From: an uncultured Mollicutes bacterium
GTDB taxonomy: Bacteria; Bacillota_I; Bacilli_A; RF39; UBA660
Reading direction: 5' to 3'
Length of the DNA stretch: 64,000 bases
NCBI GenBank assembly: GCA_900550145.1
Contig: URRF01000001.1
Span: 19,886-83,885, forward strand
The position numbers and the translations under genes are program-made. The notes under the pieces were generated by a model, which made no database searches, was not told the origin of the DNA, and saw only the letters and a program-made list of their open reading frames with translations. Below are positions 37,578 through 47,419 of the stretch, in pieces (positions within the stretch are counted from its first letter, which is position 1; each line of letters starts with the position of its first letter).

Positions 37578-40500
37578 AATCGACTTATTTTATAATTAAG
37601 AGATTCAAAATCAATACGTCTATTTTGCATAAGAAATTCAAATTCAATAATAAAATAATTACCATAAAGTCTACTCATAACTATAGCAGATTGATCTTCT
37701 TCATTACCAATCATGTTACGAAGATAACTAAAATTCCAATTACCTAAATCCCAATAAGGTTTTTTATAATTACCAAATATATTTTTATGTTCATTAGGAT
37801 CAACACTTTCGTTATCAACAGTAATATTTATATCATTAGTATTAACATTATCGTTATAAACTCTAAGCCATTGTCCAGCATAAGGAGTATCTAATTTCTT
37901 TACGGGGGAAGGAACATCACCATTTACAGATTCATCAATTTTATAAAGTTTATAAGTAATATATTCTAAAAATTTAATAATATCATATCCTTCATTAACA
38001 ATAAAAGATAATTTACACATATTATTATACCTTTCATTAGCAGAAGCATATCTATAATTATTATTATAAGTGCAATAATTATTTATATTTTCAGTAAAAT
38101 TATAAACAGCATCATAAATTGAATTATTACTTTTAAAACTATTAATAAAATAAACTTTATTTTTACTATTATAAGCATCTCTAAAATAATAACTATGTCT
38201 AGAAATAAAATTTTGAGTTTTATAATTATAACTAAGAACTAAATTACGTTTTTGAATAAAAGTACTATTATCTTCATTTTTTCTAAAAATATCATAATCG
38301 AACTTAATAAGTAAACGATTATTTCTAATATCATGAGCAAATCTTACATTATTAGGTTTAGCTTTAACAAGCCATTCTGCGATATCATTACTAATAATAA
38401 CTAATTGATTATTATCAAATCTATAAATATTATTATCGTCGTTATTATAAAATATATAACCAAATTGGTCAACAATAGCACTTCGTTTATCTTGAAGGCC
38501 TCCATAACCTAATTCAGAAGTAAATACTTCTTTATAAGCAACATCAAAAGCATCTGGTTGATGAAGTTGAATATTTTGGTCAATAGTTTTAAGTTCATTA
38601 TTTAAATCAAACATAAAAAGACTATGTTCAGTATGAGCTAAAACTAAATTACCAATTCCAACTAAATTAATAATAATACCTTTATTTTCAGTAATATTTT
38701 TATATGCTTCTAAACCAAATTTTCTCCAAGCATTTTCTCTTGATTCATCTTGAATAATATTACTTCTACGAATAGTTTTATTATAAATATCAATATATTT
38801 AATATCGTCTCTATAATTACTATAAGTTTTAGGATTAAATTGATCAGAACTACCTTGTCTATTTTCAAATAAATCGATAGAATTAGCTGGTGTAACCATA
38901 TAGCCTGTTCTATATTGAGTAGAATCTTTATCATTACCTAATTTAGTTACATAAGATTGAGGTTTAGGTTCATTTTTAAAACATTTACTTTCATGAAAAA
39001 CTGTATCAATAACAGGTATTTGTAAATAACACATAAATGGCCTATCATTTTCATAAGTTTTATTATGTTCCGGAGAAACAGTAGTAGGATAATATTGATA
39101 TTCAGTGTTTTGCATAGTTACAACACCATTTGTTTCATTAAATACTACTCCACTATCAGCATATATAATAGTACCACTATAACTATAAACACCGTTAAGA
39201 CCTGTACTAATAATTCCAGTATTATTTTTGTTATAAAAAACATCAGTAAATTTAATAAGAATTTTATTATTATTATTATATATATTAGGATTATCTTTAA
39301 CTAAAGAAACTCTATATAAATTAATATCATTATTTTTCTTTTCAGTAGCATTAACAAAAAGATCATATTTATTGTCAATAACTATACATGTACCTACACC
39401 AAGACGATTATCTTTTACAGAATTAGCAACAGCTAATTTATAATTAGGCATAGGATATAATTTTTCAAAATTATAATCTTGTAACTGAAGTTTATTCATA
39501 TCAGTAACAAATCCAAATGGAGCATTTCTTTGATAATAATTAATATTAGGAATATCATCATAATCAAAAACGTTTTTACCTTCAATTCTAAGAAAATCAA
39601 AATCTAATTCTAAAGTATCATCTATATCTAAACTATCACAATAAAAATTCATAGTATTAGAACTCATTGTATTTAATGAATCTTTTTTAACTACATTATC
39701 AGCATGATTATATATTCTTAAATTACCGTTTATAATTTCTAATTTGTTATAATTACCATTAATAGTTGTACTAGTATTTATTAATCCATCAATAATTATT
39801 CCAGAAATACTTCCTCCACCATTTTCAATTACACCATAAGCTAAATTTCCATCAGTTATTTTATTATTAACTATTTTAACGTTATATATAGTGCCTGAAT
39901 ATAGTTTTACAGTACTATGATTATTAACCCCTTTACTAATAGTAATGCTTATTAATTTATAATCAGTATAGTCAGTATCTTTTTTAGCAATAATAGTATC
40001 TGTATTTCTAAAATCGTTAATAGTAAGTAATCCTGTATATTTATTTCTTTTCTCAAATTTTTCATAAGAAATAAAATAACCTATATAACCATTAGGTATA
40101 ATAATATTATTAAAATAAGGACAATAAACTCTATGACTATTAACATCTATATTATTAAACGGAACTTTAAATAAACTATCTCCATTACTATTTATATAAT
40201 TATCAAAACCATATTCGTTAGTATTTATATAATTATTAAAAGTAAATATTTTATAAAATTCATAGTTTAAATTTTGATTTAGAAAATGTTTTACAGAATC
40301 AATTAATTTATTTTTAATATAATCATAATCTTCTCTTCTAATTTCATTTTGTATTTCTCTATTTAATTCTTTAGTAATAAAATTATAATCAGCATAATAT
40401 CTAATCATATGATCAGCAGGATTTTTATAATCATTTATAATATAACCTGAAGTTAACTGTGTTTTAATTATAATATCATTTATTTTAGCAGTTTTATCAA

Positions 40501-42352
40501 CACTACAATATATATAATCTAATCTATCTTGTTCAAATTCAATTTGAGGAACTGGAATAATAAATACTACTCCGTCTACTTTATTTCCTCCTTGATTAAC
40601 GTGTTGAGGAAAAGTATTATCTATTTTATAACCATTAGTAAAATTACCATATTTATCTACAAAATGAATAAAGAAATTATATACTTCTCCGGGAATTAAT
40701 GTAGTAGCAAGTTTTCTATTAATAAAATCTTTATCTGTTTTAATATAAGGAAAGCCTAATTGTAAAGCAATTTTCATATTATTAATTACTTTAATATTAG
40801 ACATATTATCATTAATAACTATTTTATATATTCCGCTTCTACTATAATCAGTACCTTTATAATTAATATTAATTATAGCAAAATACCCGTTTATTCTATT
40901 TGTATCTATTACATTATCTTCATTAGTTGTAGTTATATATAAATCAGAAGCTTTAATACTAACGATATTTATTTTATTATTTTTACTATCAAGAAAATCA
41001 ACTAAATCTGTATCATCGCAAGAAAAATATTCACTAAAAGGAATTTCTATAAGACCATTAATATGGTATATAGATTCATCAAATTGATAAGGATTAGGAT
41101 TTTCTTTATAAACAGTAACATCTCTACGAATATTACTATTTTCATTATAATTAGTATTAATTACATTTGTGTATAAACCAACAGTAATATTTTTTACAGA
41201 ATTAATAATTTCTTCTTCATTAATTTTATTTTCATTATATCCAGCAATATATAATCTATTTTTATAATTAATAATATTTTTAACATTAAAATAATTATAA
41301 TAAGTACTAATTAATTCTTGACTACCATATTCTTCACAATCTTTTAAATTAAGAGTATAATAATTAATAGTATTTTTAACAATATTAATATCAAATGTTT
41401 TATAAGATTTAATATAACTTTTACTTGCACAAATAATTCCTATTTGAAATATATTATAATTAATATCTAAATCTTTAATACCAATTTTAAAAGTTTCATT
41501 ACATATATCTGTTGTATCACTAATATAATCAGAAAAACCAACTCCATATCCGTCCCACGGTTGTCTGCCAATAAGTAAACTTGTTAATTGATCTATTTCG
41601 GTTGGTTTATTTGCTTTTTCTGGAAATGCATCTCTATTAAAAATATATCTAACTATATTATTTCTATTTATAGTATCTATATAAATAGGATAACCAATAG
41701 GATACCATTGAGTATAATCTGTTTTATTTATTTTATAACGAATAAAAAGATAATACCAACCTTTATAAGCATTACCTTTAACATATTCAACATTACTTAT
41801 ATTAGGAAGTTTAACTTCAGGAATAATACTTAATTTACTTTCGACTTGTTTTAAATCCCCATTATCTTCAGCACCAGCTTTATCTGGACTACCTAAATTA
41901 ATAGTTCTTAAAGGAACTAATTCGTTATTATCACAATCATATTCACTAAAAGCTATAATTAACTCATTTTCTACGTTATAAGTAAAAGTGCCAGTAAATT
42001 TACCACCATGATAAGATAATCCACTATACGCTAAATAAATATTTTCATCTTTATTAATAGTCTTTTCATTATATATAAATATATTTAATTTATTAATATT
42101 AGTTTCGACTTTATTATAATCTTGAGCAAATAAAACTATACCAGTATTAATAGGAATAACACCTCTAATAAGAAAATTATTATTATAAATTTTATATATA
42201 ACAGTTTGTATTAAAGCATTTGTTATTATAGAATTTTCATTAGTAATACAACTTTCATCATGACTAATCTTAATATTACGAGCATCAACTAAAGAAAGAT
42301 TATCGCAATCTTTAGGGTGTTTATTAAGATTAAGTTTAGGAACTATATTCAT
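37574..42352 (-). CDS. very large tail-associated protein (1592 aa)
   Basis: 4.8-kb N/Y/I-rich ORF (beta-rich composition) just upstream of the large-protein block. Its position matches the large distal-tail (muzzle-type) protein of crAss-like phages. This is by synteny only. One variant GC-rich motif copy. Confidence 0.6.
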   Translation of the reverse strand: MNIVPKLNLNKHPKDCDNLSLVDARNIKISHDESCITNENSIITNALIQTVIYKIYNNNFLIRGVIPINTGIVLFAQDYNKVETNINKLNIFIYNEKTINKDENIYLAYSGLSYHGGKFTGTFTYNVENELIIAFSEYDCDNNELVPLRTINLGSPDKAGAEDNGDLKQVESKLSIIPEVKLPNISNVEYVKGNAYKGWYYLFIRYKINKTDYTQWYPIGYPIYIDTINRNNIVRYIFNRDAFPEKANKPTEIDQLTSLLIGRQPWDGYGVGFSDYISDTTDICNETFKIGIKDLDINYNIFQIGIICASKSYIKSYKTFDINIVKNTINYYTLNLKDCEEYGSQELISTYYNYFNVKNIINYKNRLYIAGYNENKINEEEIINSVKNITVGLYTNVINTNYNENSNIRRDVTVYKENPNPYQFDESIYHINGLIEIPFSEYFSCDDTDLVDFLDSKNNKINIVSIKASDLYITTTNEDNVIDTNRINGYFAIININYKGTDYSRSGIYKIVINDNMSNIKVINNMKIALQLGFPYIKTDKDFINRKLATTLIPGEVYNFFIHFVDKYGNFTNGYKIDNTFPQHVNQGGNKVDGVVFIIPVPQIEFEQDRLDYIYCSVDKTAKINDIIIKTQLTSGYIINDYKNPADHMIRYYADYNFITKELNREIQNEIRREDYDYIKNKLIDSVKHFLNQNLNYEFYKIFTFNNYINTNEYGFDNYINSNGDSLFKVPFNNIDVNSHRVYCPYFNNIIIPNGYIGYFISYEKFEKRNKYTGLLTINDFRNTDTIIAKKDTDYTDYKLISITISKGVNNHSTVKLYSGTIYNVKIVNNKITDGNLAYGVIENGGGSISGIIIDGLINTSTTINGNYNKLEIINGNLRIYNHADNVVKKDSLNTMSSNTMNFYCDSLDIDDTLELDFDFLRIEGKNVFDYDDIPNINYYQRNAPFGFVTDMNKLQLQDYNFEKLYPMPNYKLAVANSVKDNRLGVGTCIVIDNKYDLFVNATEKKNNDINLYRVSLVKDNPNIYNNNNKILIKFTDVFYNKNNTGIISTGLNGVYSYSGTIIYADSGVVFNETNGVVTMQNTEYQYYPTTVSPEHNKTYENDRPFMCYLQIPVIDTVFHESKCFKNEPKPQSYVTKLGNDKDSTQYRTGYMVTPANSIDLFENRQGSSDQFNPKTYSNYRDDIKYIDIYNKTIRRSNIIQDESRENAWRKFGLEAYKNITENKGIIINLVGIGNLVLAHTEHSLFMFDLNNELKTIDQNIQLHQPDAFDVAYKEVFTSELGYGGLQDKRSAIVDQFGYIFYNNDDNNIYRFDNNQLVIISNDIAEWLVKAKPNNVRFAHDIRNNRLLIKFDYDIFRKNEDNSTFIQKRNLVLSYNYKTQNFISRHSYYFRDAYNSKNKVYFINSFKSNNSIYDAVYNFTENINNYCTYNNNYRYASANERYNNMCKLSFIVNEGYDIIKFLEYITYKLYKIDESVNGDVPSPVKKLDTPYAGQWLRVYNDNVNTNDINITVDNESVDPNEHKNIFGNYKKPYWDLGNWNFSYLRNMIGNEEDQSAIVMSRLYGNYFIIEFEFLMQNRRIDFESLNYKISRL
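37898..37909 (+). repeat. GC-rich motif copy, one mismatch (CTTTACGGGGGA)
   Basis: Inside the 1592-aa gene. Sense reading PSPVKK. Confidence 0.75.
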
Positions 42353-42393
42353 AATAACTTCTATATTGATTATAAAATATTATATATTTTGAT

Positions 42394-42407
42394 AGCTATT
42401 TTTAGCT
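42394..42407. promoter_or_regulatory. AGCT-N6-AGCT mini-palindrome, copy M6 (AGCTATTTTTAGCT, followed by CTATATTTAATC)
   Basis: Ends 42 nt upstream of the ATG at 42352 when read on the minus strand. Near-identical to M1 over about 21 nt. Confidence 0.45.
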
Positions 42408-42470
42408 CTATATTTAATCTTGATTTAATCTAATATAATTAATCACTTACTAACATAAAATTCAATATAA

Positions 42471-42484
42471 AGCTAATTTTAGCT
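42471..42484. promoter_or_regulatory. AGCT-N6-AGCT mini-palindrome, copy M7 (AGCTAATTTTAGCT)
   Basis: Lies 77 nt from M6. Read on the minus strand it is AGCTAAAATTAGCTTTATATTGAATTTT, and its 3-prime flank matches the M1 flank CTATATTGAATT. Confidence 0.4.
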
Positions 42485-42499
42485 ATTCTCGTTTATTTA

Positions 42500-43342
42500 T
42501 TATCCTTTTGGATTAAAAGTGAAATTAAAGAACGCATTGCGCCATTGTTTGTGAGCACTATCAATATCTTGTCCACGATTAATAACAGAACGTTTAGCTT
42601 CTTCTTTAAGTTGTAACCATATATAATAAGGATTAGTACCATATTGAGAAGCACCAAGATTAAATACAGGATGCTTATATCCACGACATAACATTTTATA
42701 CATGCAATAAAAACCAATAGCTTCTACAAGAATTGCATTATCTGGAATAACAGGAAATTCACAACCGTAAACTTTACTACGTTCAGTTTTGATAGTATCA
42801 TATTCAATAGTAATACAATCAGTATCAAAATCGAGTTCAATTTTATTACCATCTATTATAACAAAATTATGAGTACGATTAGTTGTTTTACCAACATAAT
42901 TATACTCATTCACTCTATATCTACCAGGCCATTCTTTATCATTAAGAGTTTCAGCAAGAAGATAATCTGGAACTTTTGACGGATTATCATTATGATAAAC
43001 ATCTGTTGTATTTACTGCGTTAGAACTGCTCGTTTCACTCGCAGGTTCCCCCGTAGAGGAGCAACCATTACAACCTCGTTCACTATTAGCTTCTTTTATT
43101 TCACAACCTTTACTATCATAAACTTTAATATTAGTATTAGCTATTGGACAAGCACTAATTGCTATTCTCTCCTTTACGGGGAGTTGAACTTTAGCTCTTT
43201 CAGTATTTAATATATTAAGTTGTCCCATAACTTCTAAAGTCCAAACTCCAACTCTTGGAATCCAATCACTATTATCGGGATTAAAATCATTATCTATCTT
43301 AGCAATAATTCTTTCTATATTAGTTGTATCTTGTTTAATCAT
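42500..43342 (-). CDS. tail/virion module protein (280 aa)
   Basis: ORF immediately upstream of the 1592-aa gene. Contains a locally GC-rich Cys/Ser-rich segment (ERGCNGCSSTGEPASETSSS) bracketed by an inverted pair of GC-rich motif copies. Confidence 0.6.
   Translation of the reverse strand: MIKQDTTNIERIIAKIDNDFNPDNSDWIPRVGVWTLEVMGQLNILNTERAKVQLPVKERIAISACPIANTNIKVYDSKGCEIKEANSERGCNGCSSTGEPASETSSSNAVNTTDVYHNDNPSKVPDYLLAETLNDKEWPGRYRVNEYNYVGKTTNRTHNFVIIDGNKIELDFDTDCITIEYDTIKTERSKVYGCEFPVIPDNAILVEAIGFYCMYKMLCRGYKHPVFNLGASQYGTNPYYIWLQLKEEAKRSVINRGQDIDSAHKQWRNAFFNFTFNPKG
43028..43070 (-). repeat. GC-rich motif copy with an extended flank resembling the right arm of the intergenic element
   Basis: Core TCCCCCGTAGAGGAG at 43047-43061. 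The blocks TGCTCGT, CTCGC and AACC flank it in the same order as at 10047-10105. Sense reading CSSTGEP. Confidence 0.8.
43171..43189 (+). repeat. GC-rich motif copy, one mismatch (CCTTTACGGGGAGTTGAAC)
   Basis: Inside the 280-aa gene. Sense reading VQLPVKE. Inverted partner of the 43047 copy. Confidence 0.75.
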
Positions 43343-44246
43343 ATCTCATAAAGTTTAAACATTTCTCTGGATACTTGTATAACAATATATTAAGTTTATA
43401 TCGTATATCTAATTGTAAATTATAAATATCTTCAATAGTATTACAAACATTATCCGCTATTTGTTTATAGCTCATACCTCTATACTTATTAGCAAGATAT
43501 TCAGTATGTTCATATTGAAGAAATTTATCTTTAATCATTTTAGAATCTTTAAAACGAATAAGATATTCACCTTCTTTATTTTTAAAAACTCTATAATCTA
43601 CACCATCATAAGGAATATTTCTAAACTTATACCAAGCTGCTTCATTTTCATCATAAAGTTTAATACCTTGAGCAAGTAATTCTTTTTTACGAGCAGCAGT
43701 AGCAGAATAATCAAGAACGGTTACAGTAGTACGATGTCTATTACTAAATTTCTTATATTTAATATAATAAGTGCCAATACCATAACCAAACTTATAACCT
43801 TTACCTTCAAGAATACATTTATGAACTTTAGCATAATACGCATTAATAATAGCTCTATATTTACTTGAAAGAATAGTACTACGTTTATTAGCAAGTTCTA
43901 TAAATTTATTATATTTATATTCTTGTCTTAAAGTATTACAATATTTAATAAGTTGAACAATAATAAATTTATTATCATCTTCATTAGCAACAGAAAATAA
44001 TTTAATAATTTTATTATAAAGTAATTCAGAAGTATTATATTCTTTATTTATCCATTCAGTTTTATAATCATCTAAATTAATATTATATACTTCAATAAGT
44101 AATTGTTTATTATTATTAAGATAATTATAAAGTTCTTCTTTATTAATTACAATTTCTTCTAATTCATTTTTATACTTAACAATATCTGTTTTAGCACTAT
44201 AAATAAATTGAAGATAATAATTTTTAAATTTTACATCAGGTATCAT
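43335..44246 (-). CDS. hypothetical virion-module protein (303 aa)
   Basis: K/Y/N-rich ORF overlapping the next gene by 8 nt. No motif recognised. Confidence 0.55.
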   Translation of the reverse strand: MIPDVKFKNYYLQFIYSAKTDIVKYKNELEEIVINKEELYNYLNNNKQLLIEVYNINLDDYKTEWINKEYNTSELLYNKIIKLFSVANEDDNKFIIVQLIKYCNTLRQEYKYNKFIELANKRSTILSSKYRAIINAYYAKVHKCILEGKGYKFGYGIGTYYIKYKKFSNRHRTTVTVLDYSATAARKKELLAQGIKLYDENEAAWYKFRNIPYDGVDYRVFKNKEGEYLIRFKDSKMIKDKFLQYEHTEYLANKYRGMSYKQIADNVCNTIEDIYNLQLDIRYKLNILLYKYPEKCLNFMRYD

Positions 44247-44259
44247 AATATCTTTATCA

Positions 44260-44967
44260 TTATGCTAAATTAACAGAAGAAATTTCAGCAGTATCACGTA
44301 TAACATTAGTATTCCATGTTTCAAGTATAAGTTTCTTAATAGAACTAATCATATCTTCTGGTAGAAGAAATTCATCGTCATCACTTATAGAATCAATATT
44401 AAAAGATTTATCATTAGTTTCTACTTCAATAATATGAGGATATTCAAATACAGATTCTATAACGATAGCTCCTAAGTTATTAAATTCAGAATCATTAATA
44501 CAATTTATATAAATATATTCGTTTATATAATCGTATGTAACACTTTGGCATAAACCGGGAAGACTACCATAATATTTAGAAACAGATTCTTTAACAAAAG
44601 GAATAACGATAGAATTTTTAACTCCAGCAGTACGAACAGAATGGAAAGGAAGATTATTAGTTAGTCTAACAGGACGAGGAACTTTAACTTTTGTTCTCTT
44701 AATTTTAGGAATAGGAAGATCTCCACTTTGATAAATATCTCCATCAGGAACATCAACAAGACTAATTTTAAATCTTTGTTGTAGAACTTTATCTGTATAA
44801 TTATGATTAGCATAACTATGACGTATAAGTTCATTACGAGCATGAATAATACCAAGTTTAATAGCACGTCTTACAGGAATACTATCTGCTTGTTTTACAG
44901 AATGAGCAATTTCAGAAATAAGTTGATTAATACTTGCCATACATTCATTATTTATATGATTATACAT
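44260..44967 (-). CDS. hypothetical virion-module protein (235 aa)
   Basis: ORF in the structural block. No motif recognised. Confidence 0.55.
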   Translation of the reverse strand: MYNHINNECMASINQLISEIAHSVKQADSIPVRRAIKLGIIHARNELIRHSYANHNYTDKVLQQRFKISLVDVPDGDIYQSGDLPIPKIKRTKVKVPRPVRLTNNLPFHSVRTAGVKNSIVIPFVKESVSKYYGSLPGLCQSVTYDYINEYIYINCINDSEFNNLGAIVIESVFEYPHIIEVETNDKSFNIDSISDDDEFLLPEDMISSIKKLILETWNTNVIRDTAEISSVNLA

Positions 44968-45050
44968 TTCAATATTATAACTGCGAGCAAATATAATATT
45001 AGTTGAAAAAGAACAAAGAAAAGTAATAAATTTTTTACATTAGGTATATA

Positions 45051-45092
45051 AACAACAAAAGCGGCAACATGTTTAGAAATACATATTGCCGC
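45051..45092 (-). terminator. rho-independent terminator after the 169-aa gene
   Basis: Stem GCGGCAACATGT (45061-45072) / ACATATTGCCGC (45081-45092) with one mismatch. On the minus strand it is followed by TTTTGTTGTT. Confidence 0.6.
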
Positions 45093-45113
45093 AACAACAA
45101 ATCTAATATAAAC

Positions 45114-45623
45114 TCAATTAGCTGTTTTAAAGTAATTCCAAGTTTTAGTACTACCAGAATCTTCATCTTTAAAATAAAAAGTAATAGCAGATTCAATAAT
45201 TTTATTATCTAACTCATTCTTATTAATATTACGGAACCATTCAGAATATAATCTAATATAATCATGATATTGAGCATTAATAGCAACATAAACGTCCCAT
45301 ACAGTAATACTACTATTTATATTACGAACATATTTATCAAATACATTTTTAGCACAATCATAATTATATATTTCTCCTTTACAAATTTTGCCATTATCGG
45401 CAGTATGATACATAGTACTTACTTGCCATTTTGCATATTCTTCATCAAAATGAGCACCTTTAATAGATTCATGAAGTTTTCTCATAGATTTCCAAAATAT
45501 TTTGTTATCCTGTTTTTCAACATAATCAAAAATATTATGTAAACTCATAACTCCATTATATAATTCTGTAGAAGAAACATTTGCTTCTTTATAACTATTT
45601 ATAATATCTTTATATTTAGACAT
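45114..45623 (-). CDS. hypothetical protein (169 aa)
   Basis: ORF with ordinary globular composition, followed by a terminator. Confidence 0.55.
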   Translation of the reverse strand: MSKYKDIINSYKEANVSSTELYNGVMSLHNIFDYVEKQDNKIFWKSMRKLHESIKGAHFDEEYAKWQVSTMYHTADNGKICKGEIYNYDCAKNVFDKYVRNINSSITVWDVYVAINAQYHDYIRLYSEWFRNINKNELDNKIIESAITFYFKDEDSGSTKTWNYFKTAN

Positions 45624-45629
45624 AAAATA

Positions 45630-46001
45630 TTAATTTAATAAGTTTTGTTTAAATGATTCAATATCGTTATAATCAAACACAAGTTGTTTATCAAAAGAAG
45701 GAATATTAATTTTAATAGTACCATTTCCAATTTCTATACCACTAAATACATTAGGATATTTTTTAACTTGAGCAACAACTAAATTATCAATACTTTCGCT
45801 TAAAATTCCTTCAATATCGACTTTACCGTCTTTATCTTCTATAGCTTTTAATAATCCATCTAATTTTCCTATATAATTGTTAGCCACACGTGATACATAA
45901 GGTTTTATAATAAAAGAAAAAGGATTATTATCTAATATTTCATTAAGTTTTCCACTTACAAAAGTAGATATTTTATCTACAATAACTTTTCTTTCTACCA
46001 T
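45630..46001 (-). CDS. hypothetical protein (123 aa)
   Basis: ORF separated by 6 nt from both neighbours. Confidence 0.5.
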   Translation of the reverse strand: MVERKVIVDKISTFVSGKLNEILDNNPFSFIIKPYVSRVANNYIGKLDGLLKAIEDKDGKVDIEGILSESIDNLVVAQVKKYPNVFSGIEIGNGTIKINIPSFDKQLVFDYNDIESFKQNLLN

Positions 46002-46007
46002 AATATA

Positions 46008-46511
46008 TTAATTTAAAGTTTTAATAAATTCTGCATAAGTAAGGTTTGGATTTAATCGAGCAGCTTCTTGAAATCTTTTAAAAATTTCAATATTTTTATT
46101 AGCTTCTTTAATAATTTCTTCTTTCTTTACTTTTATATTATTTAATTGTTTTTCTAATAATTCTTTTCCTTGTGGAGAAGCAGCAACTTTATCTTTAACA
46201 GAATTAATTAATTCTTCTTGAATCATAAGTTGAAGTTCTCTTTCAATAGAAATATAAGTTTCATCTTTAGCTAAAAGTTCTTTTTGATCATTTGTCATAG
46301 AAGCAATTTCATTATTAATAGAATCCCAAATATTTACCGCATTATTAATATTTTGTTGAGCAGGCTGTTTAGCTTGTATAAGTTGTTGTTTTATATTATT
46401 AAGTTTTTGAAGCTCCTGTTCAATAACAGAAATATATCCTTCAGGATTATTTTGAGCTATACTTAATAAAGGATCTGTTTGACCAAGATTAAATTGATAT
46501 TGAGGTGTCAT
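46008..46511 (-). CDS. coiled-coil protein (167 aa)
   Basis: Q/E/K/L-rich heptad-like sequence throughout. Confidence 0.5.
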   Translation of the reverse strand: MTPQYQFNLGQTDPLLSIAQNNPEGYISVIEQELQKLNNIKQQLIQAKQPAQQNINNAVNIWDSINNEIASMTNDQKELLAKDETYISIERELQLMIQEELINSVKDKVAASPQGKELLEKQLNNIKVKKEEIIKEANKNIEIFKRFQEAARLNPNLTYAEFIKTLN

Positions 46512-46535
46512 ATTAATTTGTTGTTTATTTTGTTA

Positions 46536-46571
46536 TATAAAATAAGAAGTAGGAGAATAGTCTCCTACTTC
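46536..46571 (-). terminator. rho-independent terminator after the 230-aa gene
   Basis: Perfect 11-bp stem GAAGTAGGAGA (46546-46556) / TCTCCTACTTC (46561-46571) with loop ATAG. On the minus strand it is followed by TTATTTTATA. Confidence 0.65.
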
Positions 46572-46586
46572 AATTAGAGTATTAAA

Positions 46587-47279
46587 TTATGCTGCTGGAG
46601 TAGGAGTTGTAGATTGTATATGACAAGGATTATAACTTGCATAACCTTCAACAACAGGAGTATTAGGAAGAACTACTTCACCACTTATCATACGACAAGT
46701 TCTACGCCACAAATTGAAATCAGCATGTTCAGCAACACGACGAATATCGCACTGAATCAAAGCATCTTGATAAGGGCGAGTAGCTTTTAAAACAGCAAGT
46801 TCTGTACGAAGTTCTCCAATTTCAGAAGACAATTCATCTTTGCTATCACGAGAATACTTATACAAATTAAATGCGTCTTCGTTATGTTTAGCATTAATAG
46901 CGTCAAAACCATTACGCATAGCAGAATAAATACTAAATAATTCAGCATTAAGAACATTTCTATCGTCTTGACGAGCTTTTTGAGCATCATATGCTTTCTG
47001 CCACATACCATTAACAAGTTCTACAAAATCAGCACATTGTTTACGTTCAAGATATTGCTCATTAGCAGCTATAGCAACTTCTCCAGCATTAGTACCACAA
47101 TTTCTGCCAAATATTCCAAGAGGATTACAACCGTTGTTAAGCAAGGAAACAGCAAGACCACCAATACCAAGTCCGAGAGCAGTTCCAGCCAATCCTTTAG
47201 AAGCATATTCCTTCTTTGTATGTTCTTTTTCGTCCATTTGAACATAACCTTTTACATTTTCTTTATCTACAAGAACCAT
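46587..47279 (-). CDS. membrane-associated protein (230 aa), GC-richer than its surroundings
   Basis: Gly-rich TM segment (GLAGTALGLGIGGLAVSLL) followed by a helical region. Flanked by its own upstream palindrome and downstream terminator. An alternative start at Met15 is possible. Confidence 0.55.
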   Translation of the reverse strand: MVLVDKENVKGYVQMDEKEHTKKEYASKGLAGTALGLGIGGLAVSLLNNGCNPLGIFGRNCGTNAGEVAIAANEQYLERKQCADFVELVNGMWQKAYDAQKARQDDRNVLNAELFSIYSAMRNGFDAINAKHNEDAFNLYKYSRDSKDELSSEIGELRTELAVLKATRPYQDALIQCDIRRVAEHADFNLWRRTCRMISGEVVLPNTPVVEGYASYNPCHIQSTTPTPAA

Positions 47280-47313
47280 AAGATTAATAATTAAATTAGT
47301 TAATAAATAAGTT

Positions 47314-47327
47314 TGTAATCGATTACA
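47314..47327. promoter_or_regulatory. perfect 14-bp palindrome TGTAATCGATTACA (candidate operator)
   Basis: Exact dyad 35-48 nt upstream of the ATG at 47279 and downstream of the HTH-like gene. Overlapped by a second dyad, TTTGTAAT...ATTACAAA. Confidence 0.4.
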
Positions 47328-47350
47328 TTACAAATAACAAAATTCATTTA

Positions 47351-47393
47351 CAAAAAAACGCATAATCACAATGCTATTTGTAACTATGCGTTT
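47351..47393 (-). terminator. rho-independent terminator after the HTH-like gene
   Basis: Stem AAACGCATA (47356-47364) / TATGCGTTT (47385-47393). On the minus strand the stem runs into TTTTTTTG. Confidence 0.6.
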
Positions 47394-47419
47394 TAAGGTA
47401 TAACTATATTCGTAATATA

